Origin: Prorocentrum cordatum
Taxonomy: Eukaryota
DNA length: 55,969 bases
Assembly (NCBI GenBank): GCA_963575745.1
Contig: CAUYUJ010000121.1
Location: 62,001 to 117,969 of the forward strand
Direction of reading: 5' to 3'
Positions 51,639 to 55,969 of the stretch are shown piece by piece (the first letter of the stretch is position 1; every line of letters starts with the position of its first letter). The position numbers and the translations under genes are program-made. The notes under the pieces were generated by a model. The model did no database searches. It had not been told where the DNA came from and saw only the letters and a list, made by a program, of their open reading frames with translations.

Positions 51639-53077
51639 ATTCGAAACGCTTCGCGTATCCCCACCAGCTCTGTTTGGACGGCGCGCAGCTACCTGCTTCG
51701 CCCGCGAACAAAACATATCCCCACCAGCCCATCCAGAAACGACGCCCAGGCGAGTAGAGGGCCGTCCTGAACGACTCTTGGGCGTCCTGGGTGCCTCGGG
51801 GTGGCCTCTTGGGGCCGCTTGGGGTCCTCTTGGGGGCCTCTTGGGGCCATCATGGGGCCAACATGGTGCCTCTTGGGGCATCCTGGGCGCCTCTTGGGGC
51901 CATCTTGGAGGACATCGATCGAAAAAGGGGGGGTCCCTAATTACGGTCCCCCCTCGGGAGCTCCTAAAATCGCCTCCTGGACCCCTTTTAGGGCGCTCTT
52001 GGAGCGCTCTTGGGCGCTTTTGGGGCCGTCCTAGGGCTCTTTTGGGCCCCTCTTGGGGCCCTTTTGGAGCCCTCTTGGAGCCATCTTGAGGCCTCGGATG
52101 GCCATCGGCAGCGAAAAGGCGAGAAGGCAACAATCATTAGTTTCCCTTTGGCTTTTGAAAGATGTTGGCCTCTTGGGGGGGCCTCCTTGGGAAGCTCTCT
52201 GGCCTCTTGGAGCCGTCTTGGGGCGGTCTTGGGGCCTCTTGGAGCATCTTCGGAGGCATCTTGAGGCATCGGAAGCTATCTTAAGCCAGCTTGGAGCTCA
52301 TCTTGGGCTCTCCGAGGCGCTATTGGGGCCGTATTGGGCCCTCTTGGACGCTCCAACGCGTCGCGAACCCCCCCGTCCAAGTCCAGGGGAGGGGGTAGGG
52401 GGAAGGGTCAAGACCCTCCCCGCCCGCAAGCCGTCTCACTCACTCCCACCCGCCCTCCCAACACATACGTAGCACCCGAGTCTGGCCCGAGCCTCAGCAT
52501 ATTCAGCAATCGCCTTTGGATGGGCAGCTACTGAGGGCCAATCCGCCGCCGCCGCCGCAACCGCCGCCGCCGCAACCGCCGCCGCCGCCCCCGCTGCCAA
52601 ATCGCCGCCGCCGCCACCGCCGCCGCCGCAGCCGCTGCCGCCACCGCCCCCGCCGCCGCCGCCACCGCCGCCGCCACTGCCGCCGCCGCCGCCACCGCAG
52701 CCGCCGCCGCCGCCGCCCCGCCGGCCGCCGCGCCACTCGCCGCCGCAGCCGCCGCAGCCGCCGCCGCCGCCGCCGCAGCCGCCGCCGCCGCCGCCGCCGC
52801 CAAGCGTACTCTGTATTGTTCTTTGACAGGGATGGTGGGGGGAAGCCGCATCGGGTTGGCTGCGCATGCTCCGAATTTGGAGGCAGAGTGTGTATTGTAT
52901 TGTTTTTTTGCCAGGGATGGTGGGGGGGTGCTCTCATGGTTCCTGGTTGGCTACCAATCGCCTGGGGGAGGGGTGTTTATTAATAGGGAACAATGATAAA
53001 CCCCTCCCCGGAAGGGAAGAAGGAGGTTGGAAGAGGAAGCTCCCTAAACCACCTACGCCCAGAGGGCTGGTGGGATT
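51639..53077 (-). mobile_element. GGCCCAAGA element on minus strand with a nested insert (about 52420-52995, including (GCC)n)
   Basis: subTIR pair ATCCCCACCAGC (51657) / GGGCTGGTGGGAT (53064-53076); hairpin ACGC-TTC-GCGT at 51646-51656. Confidence 0.6.
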
Positions 53078-53269
53078 CACCCCCCCTCTTCTCGCAGAAC
53101 CCGGGCCCCCCCCCCGCCCCTCCGAAATCCTGCCCCCTCCCCCGGCAAGAAACCCCCCCAACCCCCCCTCCACCCCGGAAAACCACCAGGCGGGGCCACT
53201 GCCGGTTCGAACCCCCCCCCACTCGCCGCCGGCAAACGACTCGTCCCCACCACCATCCGCACCACCGCC

Positions 53270-54288
53270 CTCACCACTGTCCCCACCACCACCGTCCCCG
53301 TCCCCACCACTGGCCCACTGTCCCCAGTGTCCCTACCGCCTTCCCACTGTCCCCACTGTTGCCACCACTGTCCCCACTGTCCCCACCAGTGCCCCCACCA
53401 CTGTCGCACTGTCCCCACTGTCCCCCCACTGTCCGCACCACGGTCGCACTCTCCTCACTGTCCCCACTACTGTCCCACTGTCCCCACTGTCCAAACCACT
53501 GCCCCACTGCCCCCACTGTCCCCACCACTGTCCCACTGTGCTGTCCCACTGTCCCCAATATTCCCGCAAGTGTTCGACTGCCCCCACTGTCCCCACCACT
53601 GTCTCCACTGGATCACTGCCCCATTGTCCCACCACCGTCCTCACCACCGCCCTCACCGCTGTCCCACCGTCCCCGTCCCCACCATTGTCCCACTGTCCCC
53701 ACTGTCCCCACTGTCCCCACCGCTGTCCCACTGTCCCCACTTTTGCCATCACTGTCCCCACTGTCCCCACCAGTGCCCCCACCTCTGCCGCACTGTCCCC
53801 ACTAATGCCCCCACCACGGTCCCAGTCCCCACTGTCCCCACTACTGTCCCCACTGTGCCACTGTCGCATTGTCCCACCACCGTCCTCAACAGCGCCCTCA
53901 CCACCGTCCCTGCCACAACCGTCCCCACCACTGTCCCACTGTCCCCACTGACCCCACCACTGTCACTTGTCCTCACCACTGTCCCCACCATCACCGTCCC
54001 CACACTGTCCCACTGTCCCCACCACTGTCCCACCGTCCCCTCACCAATGTCCCCACCACCACCGTTCCCACCTCTGTCCCACTGTCCCCACTGTCCCCAC
54101 CACTGTCCCACTGGTCCCACCACTGTCCCACCACTGTCCCCCCACTGTCCCCACCAGTGCCCCCACCACTGTCGCACTGTCCCCACTGTCCCCACCACTC
54201 TCCCCACCACGGTCCCACTCTCCCGACTGTCTCTACTGTCCCCACCACCGTAGCACTGTCCCCACTCCCCACCACCAGCCCCACCACC
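53270..54288. repeat. CCCCACTGT (about 9-bp) minisatellite
   Basis: Seen directly; cut off by the LTR. Confidence 0.9.
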
Positions 54289-54507
54289 TGTCAATATCAC
54301 CCACGTTTCATTGAGTTTTCATGTGTGTATGCCGTGTTCGTTTGCATTGATTATTAGCACAGTGTTTGATTATGTCTGGACCGCTGCCGTTTGATGTTCA
54401 GGGGCCCCTGAGTCACAGGAAAAGGTTGCGTATTCTTTCCCAGATTATCGAGATAATCAGATCACGTACATCCCGAGACAGACTTAGTGTGCTGCCATCG
54501 GTTGAGA
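54289..54507 (+). mobile_element. Putative 5' LTR (219 bp, TGTCAA...TTGAGA)
   Basis: AT-richer block that starts with TG exactly where the satellite stops, has imperfect inverted ends, and is followed after 1 nt by a PBS. The second LTR is outside the window. Confidence 0.65.
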
Positions 54508-54508
54508 T

Positions 54509-54520
54509 TGGTAGCGGAGC
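54509..54520 (+). promoter_or_regulatory. Primer binding site TGGTAGCGGAGC (initiator Met-tRNA type)
   Basis: Resembles known tRNAi-Met PBS sequences (TGGTATCAGAGC / TGGTAGCAGAG) and lies between the LTR and gag. Confidence 0.7.
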
Positions 54521-54560
54521 CGGAGATCCACACCCATCTCCGGCACCCCGTCCCCGCGCC

Positions 54561-55969
54561 ATGCCCGCTGGCGCGACGCCGCCCCGCGGAGCGGCGAAGC
54601 CGCCAGGACCGCCGCCGGCGAAACCGCCGGGAACCCCGCCCCCTGCCGCCGCGGCTGCTTCGGCTGCCAGCGGCGTGGACCCCGCTGCCGCGACCACTCG
54701 GGTCCCCGGCAGCGAGGGCGACGAGGCAGCCTACGCCGAGGAGTGGGCTGGCTGGACGGGCGGAGGCTGGTGGCGCCAGGAGAGTTCCAACTGGGACGGG
54801 GGCAGAGGACTCGACGCGGGCCTGTCTAAGACGGCGCCCAGCTACGAGGTGCTGAAGACCGACGGCTACCGAGCTTTCAGACGAAAGCTAGAGGTCTTCG
54901 AGAGGTGTTGCCGCAAGCGCGGCACGACCGCCATCAGCGAGGGAGCGTTTCTGGTCATGAACTCGCTGCAAGGAGAGGCGGCTGAGGCTACGGAAGAGAT
55001 CGACCTGGACCTGCTAGAGACGGACGAGGCCTTCAGGCCGCTGTTCAAGGTCCTGGATGAATACTACAAGTATGATAACCAGACGGAGCTGCCAGCCCGG
55101 ACGGATCAGTTCTTCGGCAGGTTCGCCCGCCAGGAGAAGGAATCCATGAAGTTGTATTGCCTACGACATCAGCGCGACATAAGGAAGCTGAAGGAAGTGG
55201 GCATGGAGATCCCGGATATGCTAGCGGGCTGGCACCTCCTCACAAGAGCGGCGATCCCACCGTCAGGTGCCGCCCAGGTTCGGAGTCAATGCGTAGACGG
55301 CCTCAGTTGGCTGAAGGTGAAGAAGGCGTTGCTCGACACGTACGGAGCCGAGGGTCTGCCCGACAAGCGCGACGTCAATCGAGTGGAGAAGATGCTGCTC
55401 GGGCAGAATACCAAGGACGATGCTCACTACACGAACGATTACGAGTGGGAACGAGGCCTGAGCTACGAAGACACGTACCTGGAGGAGGAAGAGTATGACG
55501 ATGAAGAGGAGTACGAGTACGAAGATGCAGACGAGGAGGCCGAGATCGCGGAGGAGTTGCCCCAGGATGTTGAGGACGCTCAGCTCGCGTGCGACGAGGC
55601 CTACCTGAGCTTCGTGGATGCCAAAAAGCGTGTGGCTGAGATCGCGAAGTCCAGAGGCTTCTACCCGATCGTCGCTGTGGCGCCCGACAACAACTACCGT
55701 GAAGCACGACCGGCCCGAGCCCCAGGCAAAGGCAAGGGACGTGGACGTGGCAAGGGTAAAGGCAAAGGCAAAGGATCCAGTCAGCCACGACGAGATCCAT
55801 CAGCGTTCAAGTTCCCGAAGGCCCCTTTCACCCGCTCGCCGCCTGCATCCAGTGCGGGATCGACCGGGACGGGCTCGACCCAGCAGCGCGGCCCGAGATT
55901 CAAGAGGTTCCGCCGCGGCGGGTTCAGCAGGCCGGAGACCGAGTCAGGTAACATGGTCGAGGACGTCGA
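54561..55969 (+). CDS. gag: LTR retrotransposon gag(-pol) ORF, 3'-partial, probably Ty1/copia-like
   Basis: GCC-ATG start, stop-free to the window end (about 469 codons; absent from the ORF track because it has no stop). Motifs YRAFRRKLEVF, SLQGEA, LAGWHLL, an acidic tract, EAYLSFVDAKKRVAEIAKSRGFYP and GKGKG repeats, recalled as typical of dinoflagellate copia-type gag. Confidence 0.85.
   Translation, partial: MPAGATPPRGAAKPPGPPPAKPPGTPPPAAAAASAASGVDPAAATTRVPGSEGDEAAYAEEWAGWTGGGWWRQESSNWDGGRGLDAGLSKTAPSYEVLKTDGYRAFRRKLEVFERCCRKRGTTAISEGAFLVMNSLQGEAAEATEEIDLDLLETDEAFRPLFKVLDEYYKYDNQTELPARTDQFFGRFARQEKESMKLYCLRHQRDIRKLKEVGMEIPDMLAGWHLLTRAAIPPSGAAQVRSQCVDGLSWLKVKKALLDTYGAEGLPDKRDVNRVEKMLLGQNTKDDAHYTNDYEWERGLSYEDTYLEEEEYDDEEEYEYEDADEEAEIAEELPQDVEDAQLACDEAYLSFVDAKKRVAEIAKSRGFYPIVAVAPDNNYREARPARAPGKGKGRGRGKGKGKGKGSSQPRRDPSAFKFPKAPFTRSPPASSAGSTGTGSTQQRGPRFKRFRRGGFSRPETESGNMVEDV

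Overview
GC-rich eukaryotic genomic DNA dominated by repeats. The GC/GA splice donors, tiny exons in multi-kb introns and repeat content point to a dinoflagellate, possibly Prorocentrum-like (inference). Almost all ORFs in the supplied track are artefacts of microsatellites and repeats. Reading the minus strand gives nine small exons (18-98 nt, about 580 nt over about 41 kb) that splice in phase into one peptide, VRRVELPRLRLSF...RHYYYPLHLSGTLSFTPTPAASFYLLLCRFL...DFHADAVACRL. From recall this resembles the large DUF3638-type proteins, which needs an HMM check. The introns and flanks hold a decayed LINE (ORF1, APE, RT, RNase H), the 5' end of an apparently intact LTR retrotransposon (LTR, PBS, open gag), at least four MITE families with different TSD lengths (4, 6, 8 and up to 12 bp), Helentron/HINE-like non-autonomous elements carrying mini- and microsatellites, and many simple repeats. 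No rRNA, tRNA or CRISPR was found.
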